DNA of 64,000 nucleotides. Source: Candidatus Krumholzibacteriia bacterium. GTDB lineage: Bacteria > Krumholzibacteriota > Krumholzibacteriia > JACNKJ01. Location: contig JASMLU010000001.1 in assembly GCA_030748535.1 (NCBI GenBank), positions 151,087 to 215,086 on the forward strand. Direction: 5' to 3'. Positions 1 through 9,774 of this stretch are shown here, piece after piece. The notes beneath the pieces are model-generated. The model was not told the origin of the DNA and did not search any database. It saw nothing but the letters and a program-made list of their open reading frames with translations. How positions within the stretch are numbered: the stretch's first letter is position 1; each line of letters starts with the position of its first letter. The translations under genes and the position numbers were made by a program.

Positions 1-67
1 TCCCTGACTCAATAGAGGCAGCGCCCCTTCGGGAATTGGCTCGTCTTATGGTGGACCGGGATTTCTG

Positions 68-496
68 ATGTTAATCTTTCCTGTCATTGCAACGGGCCTT
101 CTTGCTCAAACCATGAAGGGCTTTTCACGGCTTTCTGGACAGGGTCGCTTCAGGCTGGGTCGTCTGGGGGACTTTGAGAGTTTTCCGAATTTCCATGCCC
201 TGCTCTCCGGTGCCCTCTGTGGACAGCTTGCCCAGGATCCCGGACTTGGAACTCCGGCTTTCACACTTGCCGCAATCATCACGGTCATTATCCTGTATGA
301 CAACTCCGGTGTGAAACGGGCTGCAGGGAAACAGGCAGAAACCCTTAACCGGATTCTCACTCTCTCGAAGGGGGAGTGGCGTAGGCTGATCGTCCTCGGG
401 CAAAGTCCGCTCAGGAGCTGGCTGGCAGCCATTCTGGGGGCAGGAATCTCACTGGCTCTGGAAGAATGCTGCCTTGCTCTGGGTCTGGGCACTTGA
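68..496 (+). CDS. DUF212 / divergent PAP2-family membrane protein
   Basis: 142-aa hydrophobic ORF. YDNSGVKRAAGKQAETLNRI and LGQSP blocks fit the D-x-GV(R/K)R-x-AG-x-QA-x-LN pattern I recall for YuiD-like DUF212 proteins. Confidence 0.55.
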   Translation: MLIFPVIATGLLAQTMKGFSRLSGQGRFRLGRLGDFESFPNFHALLSGALCGQLAQDPGLGTPAFTLAAIITVIILYDNSGVKRAAGKQAETLNRILTLSKGEWRRLIVLGQSPLRSWLAAILGAGISLALEECCLALGLGT

Positions 497-518
497 TAAG
501 CTAAGTAAGAGGAATGGA

Positions 519-2432
519 ATGATTCTGGAAACCATACAATCACCTCATGATGTCGCTGCGCTGAGTCTTGAGCAGTTGGAATTGCTTGCTGGTGAAATCC
601 GTCAGGAGATCATTCGAGTTTGCGCCCATAATGGAGGGCATCTGGCTGCGAGCCTTGGCGCAGTGGATATCGCTGTGGCCGCTCATTATGTGTTTCCCAG
701 TGAAAGCACTCGTATGGTTTGGGACACAGGCCATCAGGCCTACGCCCACAAGCTCATGACGGGCAGGCGAGAGTCCTTTTCGACAATTCGGACAAGGGAC
801 GGTCTTAGTGGTTTTCTGAAGCGCTCGGAAAGCCCCTATGACCATTTTGGAGCAGGCCACGCCTGCACAGCCCTGAGTGCCGCTCTTGGCTTTTCAGCTT
901 CCGCAAGACTTCAGGGCAGGGATCGAATGAACATTGCGCTTCTCGGAGACGGAGCCGCGACGGGAGGTCTTGTGTATGAGGCGATCAACAACACTCAGGC
1001 ACATGGAAGCAAGCTCCTCGTAATTCTCAATGACAATGAGATGTCCATCTCCCCAAATGTCGGAGCCATAACTCGGGTACTCACTCGCCTTACTTCCACC
1101 CGCAGCTTTCTGAATCTTGAGGGCGGCACCTGGAGAGCTCTCGGGCGCATTCCGAAGATCGGAAGACTGCTGAGAACGCTGGCCAGTCGTGCGAAGCAAG
1201 GGCTGAAGCACCTGATCTTCCCGGGGAATTTCTTTGAGGATTTCGGTTTTAAATACTACGGACCTCTCGATGGCCATGATCTTTCCCTCCTGGTGCGAAC
1301 CATGCGACAGTTGCGGGAAATCCAGCATCCGGTGATTCTCCATGTCCTGACGAACAAGGGCAAGGGCTACGATCTTGCCGAAGAGAACCCCGCCAAGTAT
1401 CACGGCTTTGCGCCCTTTGACCCGGAAACCGGAAGCAGTCTGGGAGCTTCCCCTTCTGCTCCCAGTTATACGGAAGTGTTTGGCGAAGCCCTTCTTCAAA
1501 TGGGACACGAGGATTCTACGGTCACCTGCATCAGTGCCGCCATGCCTGCGGGAACGGGAACGGACCGTTTTGCCGAAGCCTTCCCGGAGCGGTTTTTTGA
1601 TGTGGGAATCGCAGAGCCGCATGCGGTGACTTTTGCGGCAGGCCTTGCTGCCGACGGCTTGCGCCCGGTGGTAGCCATCTATTCAACTTTCCTGCAGCGG
1701 GCTTTTGACATGATCTATCACGATGTCGCCCTGCAGGGTCTTCCGGTCATATTCGCCCTCGACCGAGCGGGCATTGTGGGGGAGGATGGTCCTACTCATC
1801 ACGGGGTTCTGGACCTCAGTTATCTGAGGATGATTCCCGGTATGGTCATCATGGCTCCTTCTGATGAACTGGAACTTCATCGTATGATGAAGACTGCACA
1901 GCATTACAGGAAGTCACCCCTGGCAATTCGATACCCCCGAGATCGCGGTCTTGGAATCGACATTCCGGAACAGCTCTCTCCTTTGGAAATCGGGAAATCC
2001 CGGACTCTCCGGGAGGGCAGTAAAATCCATCTCTGGGCTATTGGTTCGATGGTGAGGCCGGCTTTGGAGGCTGCCTCCTGTCTGGAATCCCGGGGATTTG
2101 ACCCACTCGTTGTGGACGCACGATTTGCGGAACCTCTGGATCGTACTCGACTCCTTGAGGAGGCTTCGAAAGCGGATCTGTTGGTTACTGTGGAGGAAAA
2201 CAGTTCGCGCGGAGGCTTTGGTGAAGGGGTTCTTGCCTGTTTCCGGGAAGCCGACATGGATGCGCCATCTCACCTTCTTCTCTCCCTCCCTCACGGCTTC
2301 AGCCCCCAGGGAACGAGAAAAGAGATTCTGGCAGAAGCCGGCCTTGACGCTTCAGGAATTGCTTCCAGCATTGAGAAAGCTCTCGAAAAGAATCCGCGTT
2401 TTATGGAAACCGGTGTCGGGGGGAAGTCATGA
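519..2432 (+). CDS. dxs: 1-deoxy-D-xylulose-5-phosphate synthase
   Basis: GHQAYAHKLMTGRR and the TPP motif GDGAATGG...NDN; length and order typical of Dxs. Start moved to ATG 519 (MILETIQSPHD), preceded by AGAGGA. The ORF track begins at 474. Confidence 0.93.
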   Translation: MILETIQSPHDVAALSLEQLELLAGEIRQEIIRVCAHNGGHLAASLGAVDIAVAAHYVFPSESTRMVWDTGHQAYAHKLMTGRRESFSTIRTRDGLSGFLKRSESPYDHFGAGHACTALSAALGFSASARLQGRDRMNIALLGDGAATGGLVYEAINNTQAHGSKLLVILNDNEMSISPNVGAITRVLTRLTSTRSFLNLEGGTWRALGRIPKIGRLLRTLASRAKQGLKHLIFPGNFFEDFGFKYYGPLDGHDLSLLVRTMRQLREIQHPVILHVLTNKGKGYDLAEENPAKYHGFAPFDPETGSSLGASPSAPSYTEVFGEALLQMGHEDSTVTCISAAMPAGTGTDRFAEAFPERFFDVGIAEPHAVTFAAGLAADGLRPVVAIYSTFLQRAFDMIYHDVALQGLPVIFALDRAGIVGEDGPTHHGVLDLSYLRMIPGMVIMAPSDELELHRMMKTAQHYRKSPLAIRYPRDRGLGIDIPEQLSPLEIGKSRTLREGSKIHLWAIGSMVRPALEAASCLESRGFDPLVVDARFAEPLDRTRLLEEASKADLLVTVEENSSRGGFGEGVLACFREADMDAPSHLLLSLPHGFSPQGTRKEILAEAGLDASGIASSIEKALEKNPRFMETGVGGKS

Positions 2433-3304
2433 ATGAGATAAGTAAGCTGGGGATTTTCGCCAGTACAGGAATCCCCGGAGTAAAGATGGCGGTGGTGCGC
2501 GCACTGGACCTCCTGCGCGAGAGGGATTGTGAGATCTATCTGGAGAGTCAGGTCTCAAGCTTGCTGGGAGAGGGCACTGGCGCTTGGGACAGCGGCCAGG
2601 TTCCCGAGGACTGCCAGTTGATCCTGGTCTTCGGGGGAGACGGCACCTTTCTGAGAGCTTCCCGTGCCATCAATGGAAAACGGATTCCCCTCTTGGGCAT
2701 CAATCTGGGCGGACTTGGCTTCCTGACCGTTCTGAAATTGTCGGAAATGGAAACAGCTCTTTCGGGGATTCTTGATGGGAACTACGAGACAGAATCCCGA
2801 ATGCTACTGAGTGCATCTCTGGAAAGAGGCGACCAGGCCATCGCTTCAGAAATGGCTCTGAATGATGCCGTCATTCATATGACTCCCGGCGATCGCCTCG
2901 TGGAGTTCATCATCTCTGCGGGAACACAGTTCTTGGGGCGATACCGGGCAGATGGCCTCATTGTCTCCACGCCTACTGGTTCCACCGCTTATTCCATGTC
3001 AGCTGGTGGGCCCATTCTTGATCCCTCCATGGATGCTTTGATTGCGACTCCCATTTGTCCCCACGCCCTGTCGCTTCGTCCTGTGGTGTTGCCAGGCAAT
3101 CTGGAACTCACTGTGGAACTGGGCGAAAGAAGCGGCAAGGCCATGCTTGCGATTGACGGGCAGGAGAGTTTTGCCCTGGAAACGGGAGACCGCATCAGAA
3201 TCGCCAAGAGCAGTGACTTCCTTCCCATTCTTCTTCCCAGTGGTTATCGGTTCTACACGCTTCTCCGTGAGAAACTTGCCTGGGGAAGAACCGGGGAGGC
3301 CTGA
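2429..3304 (+). CDS. nadK: NAD kinase
   Basis: GGDGTFL motif, TPTGSTAYSMSAGGPI block, ~290 aa. 4-nt overlap with the dxs stop. Confidence 0.9.
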   Translation: MNEISKLGIFASTGIPGVKMAVVRALDLLRERDCEIYLESQVSSLLGEGTGAWDSGQVPEDCQLILVFGGDGTFLRASRAINGKRIPLLGINLGGLGFLTVLKLSEMETALSGILDGNYETESRMLLSASLERGDQAIASEMALNDAVIHMTPGDRLVEFIISAGTQFLGRYRADGLIVSTPTGSTAYSMSAGGPILDPSMDALIATPICPHALSLRPVVLPGNLELTVELGERSGKAMLAIDGQESFALETGDRIRIAKSSDFLPILLPSGYRFYTLLREKLAWGRTGEA

Positions 3305-3307
3305 GTC

Positions 3308-4996
3308 TTGATCTCTCATTTGAGGATCCAGAATCTCCTTCTTGTGGAGGACACGGAGTTGGCGCTCTCTCCGGGTCTCAATGTCCTGAGTGGTAGCACA
3401 GGATCTGGCAAGAGTGTGCTTCTGGCTTCTCTTGCTATTCTGGGTGGTGAGAAAGCCCGTAAGGACTGGATCGGTCCCTTTGACAAGCCATGCAAGGTCT
3501 CAGCCCTTTTCCAGCTATCGCCGGAAGCCTCGAGTACTTTTCATGAATTGGGTGTCATTGAGGAAGGCGAAGAGGAGATCAGCCTTTCCCGCGAAATCCT
3601 GCCCACTTCCCGGGGCCGCGCCTTTGTCAATGCGAGACCGGTTAGCGTGGCTACCTTGCGAGCTCTCAGGCCTCACCTTTTCCAGATACAGGACCAGCAT
3701 GCACAGTTGAAACTCTGTGATGCCCGAGAGCAAAAGAGACTTCTCGATGAGTGGGCTGGAAATCACGAGCTTCTTGCATCTTATCGGAACTCCCTTGAAA
3801 CGCTGGACTCTCTTGTGGAGGAACAGAAAGTTCTTCAAACAGAAATTGCAACGCTTCGGAAGGAGGAAGAGTACCTGCGGTTTCAGTTGGATGAGATTCA
3901 GGCGGCTCAAGCTCTTCCTGACGAAATTGAAGATCTCGAACAGAAGGAGAAGACTCTTCGCAATGCCGGAAAAGTCCAGGAACTTCTCCTTTCCTCCCTG
4001 AATAATCTGGAAGGGGAAGAGGGGCTGCGCAGAAAACTGCTGGCTCTGGACCGCTCACTTGGCAAGCTTTCTGATTTGGGTACCCTGAAGGAGATCCCGC
4101 ATTTCCAATCCTTGTTTGAGCAGATCGACGAACTCTCTTTGTCCCTCAACCAGCAGTCGGACACTCTGAAGTCCGAGGCCCTGGACAGTAGAAGGATTCA
4201 GGAGCGGCTGGGAATACTGCATTCTCTGGAAAGAAAACACGGGAAATCTCTGGAGGATCTCATTGCCTGGACATCGGAACAGGAGAACAGGCTCGAGAAT
4301 CTTCCTCTCCAGCAGGCAACTCTCAGGGATCTGGACTCCTCGATCCGCGAGGCCTCCCTCGCCTTGAGCGAATCGGCCTTTCTCCTCTCGGATTCGCGCA
4401 GGGAGGCATCCCTTTCTCTTTCGGAGAACTGGCAGGCCGCGATGAGGGAACTGGGAATGGAAAGTGCTTCTCTTCGTATTCAGGTGGACCAACAGGAGTG
4501 CGTCCAGAGCCCTATCTCCAGAAATAACAGGCACTATCAGTATTCTTCTGATGGGATGGATGAGGTTCAGGTAATGGTTCAGCCGAATCCGGAACTGCCG
4601 GAAGGCAGGCTTCGGGACGTCCCGAGTGGGGGAGAGTTGTCTCGCATGGCACTTGCCTGGAGGCTCTTGCCATCAACGAGTTCCGATTCCGCTTCCCTTC
4701 TTCTGGATGAAGTGGATGCTGGCCTTGGGGCCGACCTTGCTCCCGCCCTTGCCCGCCAATTGAAGTCGGCGGCAAGGAGTCATCAGATCCTCCTCGTTAC
4801 GCATCAGGCTGCTCTTGCGGTGATTGCGGATCAGCAGTTCCAGGTTCGCAAGGAGAGAGGGAGTTCCGGAGCCAGAGTGGAGGTCTTGCCCCTGGAGGAA
4901 GACTCCCGATTGGCTGAAATCGAGAGGATGCTCGGAGGGCAGGGAGAGAGAGAAATCCGGGATCATGCCCGGAGCCTCCTGGAGAGTCATTCCTAG
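3308..4996 (+). CDS. recN: DNA repair protein RecN
   Basis: N-terminal Walker A GSTGSGKSVL, long coiled-coil middle, C-terminal SGGELSR and LLLDEVDAGLG. TTG start. Confidence 0.9.
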   Translation: MISHLRIQNLLLVEDTELALSPGLNVLSGSTGSGKSVLLASLAILGGEKARKDWIGPFDKPCKVSALFQLSPEASSTFHELGVIEEGEEEISLSREILPTSRGRAFVNARPVSVATLRALRPHLFQIQDQHAQLKLCDAREQKRLLDEWAGNHELLASYRNSLETLDSLVEEQKVLQTEIATLRKEEEYLRFQLDEIQAAQALPDEIEDLEQKEKTLRNAGKVQELLLSSLNNLEGEEGLRRKLLALDRSLGKLSDLGTLKEIPHFQSLFEQIDELSLSLNQQSDTLKSEALDSRRIQERLGILHSLERKHGKSLEDLIAWTSEQENRLENLPLQQATLRDLDSSIREASLALSESAFLLSDSRREASLSLSENWQAAMRELGMESASLRIQVDQQECVQSPISRNNRHYQYSSDGMDEVQVMVQPNPELPEGRLRDVPSGGELSRMALAWRLLPSTSSDSASLLLDEVDAGLGADLAPALARQLKSAARSHQILLVTHQAALAVIADQQFQVRKERGSSGARVEVLPLEEDSRLAEIERMLGGQGEREIRDHARSLLESHS

Positions 4997-5043
4997 TTAT
5001 TTCTCTGGAAAATCCCCCCTTCTTGACCTAAGTTCCTTCCGTT

Positions 5044-5117
5044 GCGCCCATAGCTCAGCTGGATAGAGCGCATGCCTCCGGAGCATGAGGTCGCAGGTTC
5101 GAATCCTGCTGGGCGTA
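5044..5117 (+). tRNA. tRNA-Arg (anticodon CCG)
   Basis: Hand-folded cloverleaf: GCGCCCA acceptor, GCTC/GAGC D-stem, CATGC/GCATG anticodon stem with loop CTCCGGA, GCAGG TTCGAAT CCTGC T-arm. G1-U72 wobble; CCA not encoded. Confidence 0.9.
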
Positions 5118-5123
5118 CCTCTT

Positions 5124-5297
5124 ATGAAAATTCTACTCACATTGCTGCTCGCTTTGGTGGCCTGGAAATGGCTGCTCTCGCCGCTTCTATTCTTGAGGCC
5201 TTCCCGGCAGAAGAAAGCGGAACCACCTTCGGCCTCTTTTGAGGGGGAGAAGGTCAAGGATGCGGACTTTGAGGATCTCTCCGGAGGGGACGAGTGA
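5124..5297 (+). CDS. small membrane protein (one N-terminal TM, acidic C-terminus)
   Basis: ATG 6 nt after the tRNA 3' end. MKILLTLLLALVAWKWLL TM segment, then a charged tail ending DADFEDLSGGDE. The ORF-track N-terminus (5085) overlaps the tRNA and was trimmed. Confidence 0.4.
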   Translation: MKILLTLLLALVAWKWLLSPLLFLRPSRQKKAEPPSASFEGEKVKDADFEDLSGGDE

Positions 5298-5578
5298 GCG
5301 GTTCCCGTTTTCGCCCCGGTTTTCGTTTCCGAAGTTCCGAAGGCAATCAGGAAGAGAAATGGGGCTACTGGATTCAGTGGATTCTCCTTGCCGTTCTGGT
5401 TCTTGCTCTTTTTGCCCTTTTCCTCTCCTCAATACACTTGCTTCGAGCACATTTGCTGGAGAAATATGGCTTCCGGGCCTGGATCTTACCCGTTATCATC
5501 TTCCTGATTGATCTCCTGATGCTCTTTCGTCTCTTTCGCCTTTCCAGGACAAAAGAGGAGGCACAGGATGGGAAGTAG
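5294..5578 (+). CDS. small membrane protein (two predicted TM segments)
   Basis: GTG start overlapping the previous stop (GTGA). Two long hydrophobic stretches. No family recognised. Confidence 0.4.
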   Translation: MSGSRFRPGFRFRSSEGNQEEKWGYWIQWILLAVLVLALFALFLSSIHLLRAHLLEKYGFRAWILPVIIFLIDLLMLFRLFRLSRTKEEAQDGK

Positions 5579-5595
5579 TTTCAAGAGAGGTTTGA

Positions 5596-6900
5596 ATGTC
5601 GGCGTTTGATGCCCTGAGTGAGAAGATTCGCAAACGAGAGGCTCGCTGTGCCGTCATTGGGCTTGGCTACGTGGGGCTTCCTTTGGCAACGGAGCTTCTG
5701 GAGGCTGGCTTCCATGTGATCGGAATCGACCTTTCCGTGGAGAAGATCGCAAGCCTCAAGGAAGGGAAGAGCTACGTTCGTGACGTCTCCTCGGAGAGAG
5801 TCGCTCCCTTTGTTGAATCCGGCGCCTTCGAAGTTAGTAGTGATTTCACTCTCCTGGCCAGTGCCGACACAATCAACATCGCTGTTCCCACACCTCTCGG
5901 GAAAACCAGGGACCCGGATATTTCCTACATCGTTTCGGCGACAGAGGAAATCGCGGCAAACATGCAGCCGGGGGCCCTCGTAATTCTGGAGAGCACAACC
6001 TATCCGGGAACTACTGACGAGGTCATTCTTCCTCTTCTGGAAGCCGGGAATCGGAGTGTGGGGGAGGATTTCTTTCTGGCCTTCAGTCCGGAAAGGGTGG
6101 ATCCCGGAAATGCCACCTTTACAACCCGGAACATTCCAAAGGTTGTGGGAGGCATCAGTCCCGCCTGCACGGAACTTGCCACGCTTCTTTACGGAGAGTC
6201 TCTGGAAACGGTCGTGCCGGTTTCTTCCAGCAGGGTTGCTGAATCCGTCAAACTTCTGGAGAACACTTTCCGCGCGGTGAATATCGGGCTGGTCAATGAA
6301 ATCGCCCTGATTTGCAGCAGAATGAATATCGATGTCTGGGAAGTTATCGATGCCGCGGCCACAAAGCCGTTTGGTTTCATGCCATTCTATCCCGGCCCGG
6401 GTCTCGGAGGACACTGTATCCCGATTGACCCCTTCTATCTTTCCTGGAAGGCACGTCTTCACGGCTTCGAGGCCCGCTTTATCGAGTTGGCCGGGGAGGT
6501 CAACGGACACATGCCCGACCATGTGGTTTCCCGTTGCGGCGAGGCCCTGAACTCGGTCCAGCGTTCCATCAGCGGATCCCGGATTCTGGTTCTCGGCATT
6601 GCCTACAAACCGGACATTGATGACTACCGTGAAAGCCCGGCTCTTGAAATCATCAAGCTCCTTCAAGCGAAGGGAGCGGAAGTCAGTTTCACGGATCCCT
6701 GGATCAAGGGGCAGGTTCCTGAAATTCTCGATGTTCCGCGACGAAGCCTGGAGGATTCTCTCGAAGATGTGGATCTCGCCCTTGTGGTCACTCACCACTC
6801 GGGAGTGGATTACGAACAGCTTCTGAAGAGAGTTCCTCTTTGCGTGGACACGAGAAACGTGTTCAAGGGAGTGGCGTCCCCCAAACTGTTCAAGCTCTAG
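5596..6900 (+). CDS. nucleotide-sugar 6-dehydrogenase (UDP-glucose/GDP-mannose dehydrogenase family, TviB/WbpO-like)
   Basis: N-terminal Rossmann VIGLGYVGLPLA, central GGHCIPIDP catalytic Cys block, C-terminal LGIAYKPDIDDYRESPA. Confidence 0.85.
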   Translation: MSAFDALSEKIRKREARCAVIGLGYVGLPLATELLEAGFHVIGIDLSVEKIASLKEGKSYVRDVSSERVAPFVESGAFEVSSDFTLLASADTINIAVPTPLGKTRDPDISYIVSATEEIAANMQPGALVILESTTYPGTTDEVILPLLEAGNRSVGEDFFLAFSPERVDPGNATFTTRNIPKVVGGISPACTELATLLYGESLETVVPVSSSRVAESVKLLENTFRAVNIGLVNEIALICSRMNIDVWEVIDAAATKPFGFMPFYPGPGLGGHCIPIDPFYLSWKARLHGFEARFIELAGEVNGHMPDHVVSRCGEALNSVQRSISGSRILVLGIAYKPDIDDYRESPALEIIKLLQAKGAEVSFTDPWIKGQVPEILDVPRRSLEDSLEDVDLALVVTHHSGVDYEQLLKRVPLCVDTRNVFKGVASPKLFKL

Positions 6901-6907
6901 GAGTCGC

Positions 6908-7846
6908 ATGGCAAAGGTACTCATCACCGGGGGCGCGGGATTCATTGGAAGCCATCTTGCCGAAGCTCTCCTTGAGGACGGCAATTCCGTAGAGATCTTC
7001 GACAATCTTTCCACCGGCCATCTCTCCAATCTGGAGGCCTTTCGAGACCGGATTACTTTTACGGAAGCTGATCTGAGAGATGCCTCTGCGGTTTCTGCCT
7101 CCGTCGCCGGCAAGGACTATGTCTTTCATGAAGCTGCGCTAGCTTCGGTTCCCCGCTCTGTGAAAGACCCTCTTGCCAGTAATGACGTCAATGTCAATGG
7201 AACCCTGAATCTCCTGATTGCAGCAAGGGATGCCGGCGTTCGGCGTGTGATTTATGCGGCCAGCAGTTCCGCTTACGGAAACACAGAAGTCAGTCCAAAG
7301 CATGAAGCCCTGCCCTCAAATCCGCTCTCTCCCTATGCGGTGACCAAACTGGTTGGTGAGCAGTACTGTCGCGCTTTCTATGAAGTCTATGGGCTGGAGA
7401 CCCTGAGCATCCGCTACTTCAATGTCTTCGGACCTCGCCAGGATCCGGACTCTCCCTATTCTGCGGTCATCCCTATTTTCGCCAGCCATGTTCTTGATGG
7501 GAAGTCTCCTACGATTCATGGAGATGGAGAGCAGACAAGAGACTTTACCTATGTTAAGAATGTGGTTGCGGGAAATATGAGAGCCATGGCTGCAGAGAAT
7601 GTCCGGGGTGAAACTGTGAATGTGGCTTGCGGCGGCTCCTACTCGGTGAACTATCTCTTTCGGAGTATTTGCGACTACTATGGTTCTTCCATGAAGGCGA
7701 AGTACTCGGATTCCCGTCCCGGAGATGTTCGGGACTCATGTGCGGATATCAGCAAGGCACGAGAGCTTTTGTCATACGAGCCCGTGGCAAGCTTTGAAGA
7801 GGGTCTGAAGGCCACACTGGACTGGTATCGCTCCTTGGGCAGCTAG
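6908..7846 (+). CDS. NAD-dependent nucleotide-sugar epimerase (extended SDR, TviC/WbpP-like)
   Basis: ITGGAGFIGSHL, SSSAYG, YAVTK (YxxxK), ~312 aa. Directly follows the dehydrogenase. Confidence 0.85.
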   Translation: MAKVLITGGAGFIGSHLAEALLEDGNSVEIFDNLSTGHLSNLEAFRDRITFTEADLRDASAVSASVAGKDYVFHEAALASVPRSVKDPLASNDVNVNGTLNLLIAARDAGVRRVIYAASSSAYGNTEVSPKHEALPSNPLSPYAVTKLVGEQYCRAFYEVYGLETLSIRYFNVFGPRQDPDSPYSAVIPIFASHVLDGKSPTIHGDGEQTRDFTYVKNVVAGNMRAMAAENVRGETVNVACGGSYSVNYLFRSICDYYGSSMKAKYSDSRPGDVRDSCADISKARELLSYEPVASFEEGLKATLDWYRSLGS

Positions 7847-7858
7847 GAGGGAGGAAGA

Positions 7859-9274
7859 ATGTCACCGTCTCCCATTCTGATTCTCGACAATCAGGAACCG
7901 GTGCGCCTGCTTCTGACAAAGAGCCTTGAAGGCGCAGGACATTCTGTCACGGCCCTTCCCTTTCCTGAAGATCTTGGGAACTTGCTTCAGGAACACAGCC
8001 CTTCTCTCCTTGTCCTGGAAGATACGGAACTGAAAAGGCCTCTGTCCGACCTGAATGACTTCCTGAGACTGAATCACGAGAGACTTCCCTACATCCTGAT
8101 AAGCTCTGCTCCGGAGATTTCCCGAGCCATTGAGGCAATTCGGGGAGGAGCCTGCGACTACCTCCCGAAGCCTATTGACATGCCCCAGCTCCTGAAGAAA
8201 GTAAGCTCGGCGCTGGAGTCCCGGAAAAAGGAATCGGCTCTTCTGGATAGGCGCAGGCAATTCAAAACCGGAAAAGGTCTGACTTTCTATAAGCTGAAAA
8301 GCCCGGCAATGGAGCGGGTCTACGATCAGGCCTCACAGGTGGCGATGAGCCCCGATACAACAGTTTTGATTTCAGGAGAGAGTGGAACGGGGAAGGAAAT
8401 CATCGCCCGGCTGATTCATGACCTCAGTCCTCGCCATGAGCGAGAATTTATGGAACTGAATTGTGCTTCGATCCCTTCAGAACTTCTTGAGAGCGAACTT
8501 TTTGGTCATGAGGCGGGTGCTTTCACCGATGCCAGGGAGAGTAAGAAGGGACTTTTCGAGATTGCCAACGGGGGGAGCATCTTCCTGGATGAAATTGGTG
8601 AGATGAGTCTGAACCTCCAGGTTAAACTTCTTCGGTTCCTGGAGCTTCGTTCCTTTCGCCGGGTGGGAGGGACGAAGGACATTGAGGTTAATGTCCGGAT
8701 AATTTCTGCGACCAATCAGGACCTCAAGGAAAGGGTGGAGGAAAAACGCTTCCGCTCTGACCTTTATTACCGACTCAATGTTATCCCGATTAGTCTCCTT
8801 CCCCTTCGGGAAAGAAAAGAGGACATTCTTCCCCTCTTCCGTTTCTTCCTCATGGACTTTATGAAGAGATACAATCGGGACCCCCGGGACCTCGATGAGG
8901 TGTCTTCCCGCATCCTCCTGGAGTACGCTTGGCCGGGAAATGTGCGGGAACTTCGAAACGTTGTCGAGCGCCTTATTCTGATGGAAGGGGACCAGGCTCT
9001 GGACGCAGAGACCTTGCGATCCAGCTTGGGGCAGGATCTTGCCAGGGGAGATGAGTCGATGGACCAACGCTGGGCCAGGATTCTCGGTAATCCCCTGCCA
9101 GAGGACGGAGTTCCCCTGGAGGATCTTCTCCTGCAGTTGGAGACCGTCATGATTCTGAAGGCTCTCGATGAGACGAATGGGAACCAGTCCCGGGCCGCCC
9201 GTCTTCTAAAATTGGATCGCGACAAACTGCGCTACCGGATGAAGACCCAGAACATCCAGAAGGTAAAATCTTGA
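7859..9274 (+). CDS. sigma-54-dependent response regulator (NtrC/Fis family enhancer-binding protein)
   Basis: REC-like N-terminus, AAA+ GESGTGKE, ESELFGHEAGAFTDA (GAFTGA variant), C-terminal Fis-type HTH (NQSRAARLLKLDRDKLRYRM). Confidence 0.85.
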   Translation: MSPSPILILDNQEPVRLLLTKSLEGAGHSVTALPFPEDLGNLLQEHSPSLLVLEDTELKRPLSDLNDFLRLNHERLPYILISSAPEISRAIEAIRGGACDYLPKPIDMPQLLKKVSSALESRKKESALLDRRRQFKTGKGLTFYKLKSPAMERVYDQASQVAMSPDTTVLISGESGTGKEIIARLIHDLSPRHEREFMELNCASIPSELLESELFGHEAGAFTDARESKKGLFEIANGGSIFLDEIGEMSLNLQVKLLRFLELRSFRRVGGTKDIEVNVRIISATNQDLKERVEEKRFRSDLYYRLNVIPISLLPLRERKEDILPLFRFFLMDFMKRYNRDPRDLDEVSSRILLEYAWPGNVRELRNVVERLILMEGDQALDAETLRSSLGQDLARGDESMDQRWARILGNPLPEDGVPLEDLLLQLETVMILKALDETNGNQSRAARLLKLDRDKLRYRMKTQNIQKVKS

Positions 9275-9774
9275 AAAATGGGATCCTGATATTGACGCTC
9301 TTTCTTCTGGCCTGTGCGAATTACAGCAGCACTACGCGGGGACGGGGAGTCCGGGGAGATCTGGACCTTCCTCTCTTTGTCAATGAGACGGATCAGGCGG
9401 GCCTTGGCATCGAACTCACAGAGCTGTTGCTGGAGGAAATTGAAAGGGACGGACTTCTTCATAAGGTCCCCGAAGAGGGAGACCCTCTCTTCCGGCTTGA
9501 TGTCATCCTTGAATCCTATGAAGAGAAGGCGGCCTTTACCGGAGAGATGGGGGCCGCCGAGGAATACACTTTGGAGATTCAACTCAAGCTTACGCTCAGC
9601 ACCCTTCGAGATCCTCACGAGGAAGAGGAAGGTCGGGAGGATTTCAGTAAGTCGATCAGGGCAAGGGAAACATTCTACCTGGAAGGCGAAGGCTTCAGTC
9701 GTGATGATGCTCTCGAAAACGCAAAGGAGCAACTGGTCGACGACATCCTGCTTGCGATCTTCGGAGACTGGTAA
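9271..9774 (+). CDS. lptE: LptE-like outer-membrane lipoprotein
   Basis: Lipobox LFLLAC after a signal peptide; ~165 aa. Sits immediately upstream of holA as in the E. coli lptE-holA pair. TTG start overlaps the upstream stop (TTGA). The call rests largely on synteny. Confidence 0.5.
   Translation: MKNGILILTLFLLACANYSSTTRGRGVRGDLDLPLFVNETDQAGLGIELTELLLEEIERDGLLHKVPEEGDPLFRLDVILESYEEKAAFTGEMGAAEEYTLEIQLKLTLSTLRDPHEEEEGREDFSKSIRARETFYLEGEGFSRDDALENAKEQLVDDILLAIFGDW

Noticed and set aside
5581-7113. 510-aa ORF on the minus strand.
   Set aside because: It lies entirely antisense to the well-supported nucleotide-sugar dehydrogenase and epimerase genes. The sequence is low-complexity and Arg/Ser/Gly-rich with no motifs, a typical shadow ORF in GC-rich DNA.
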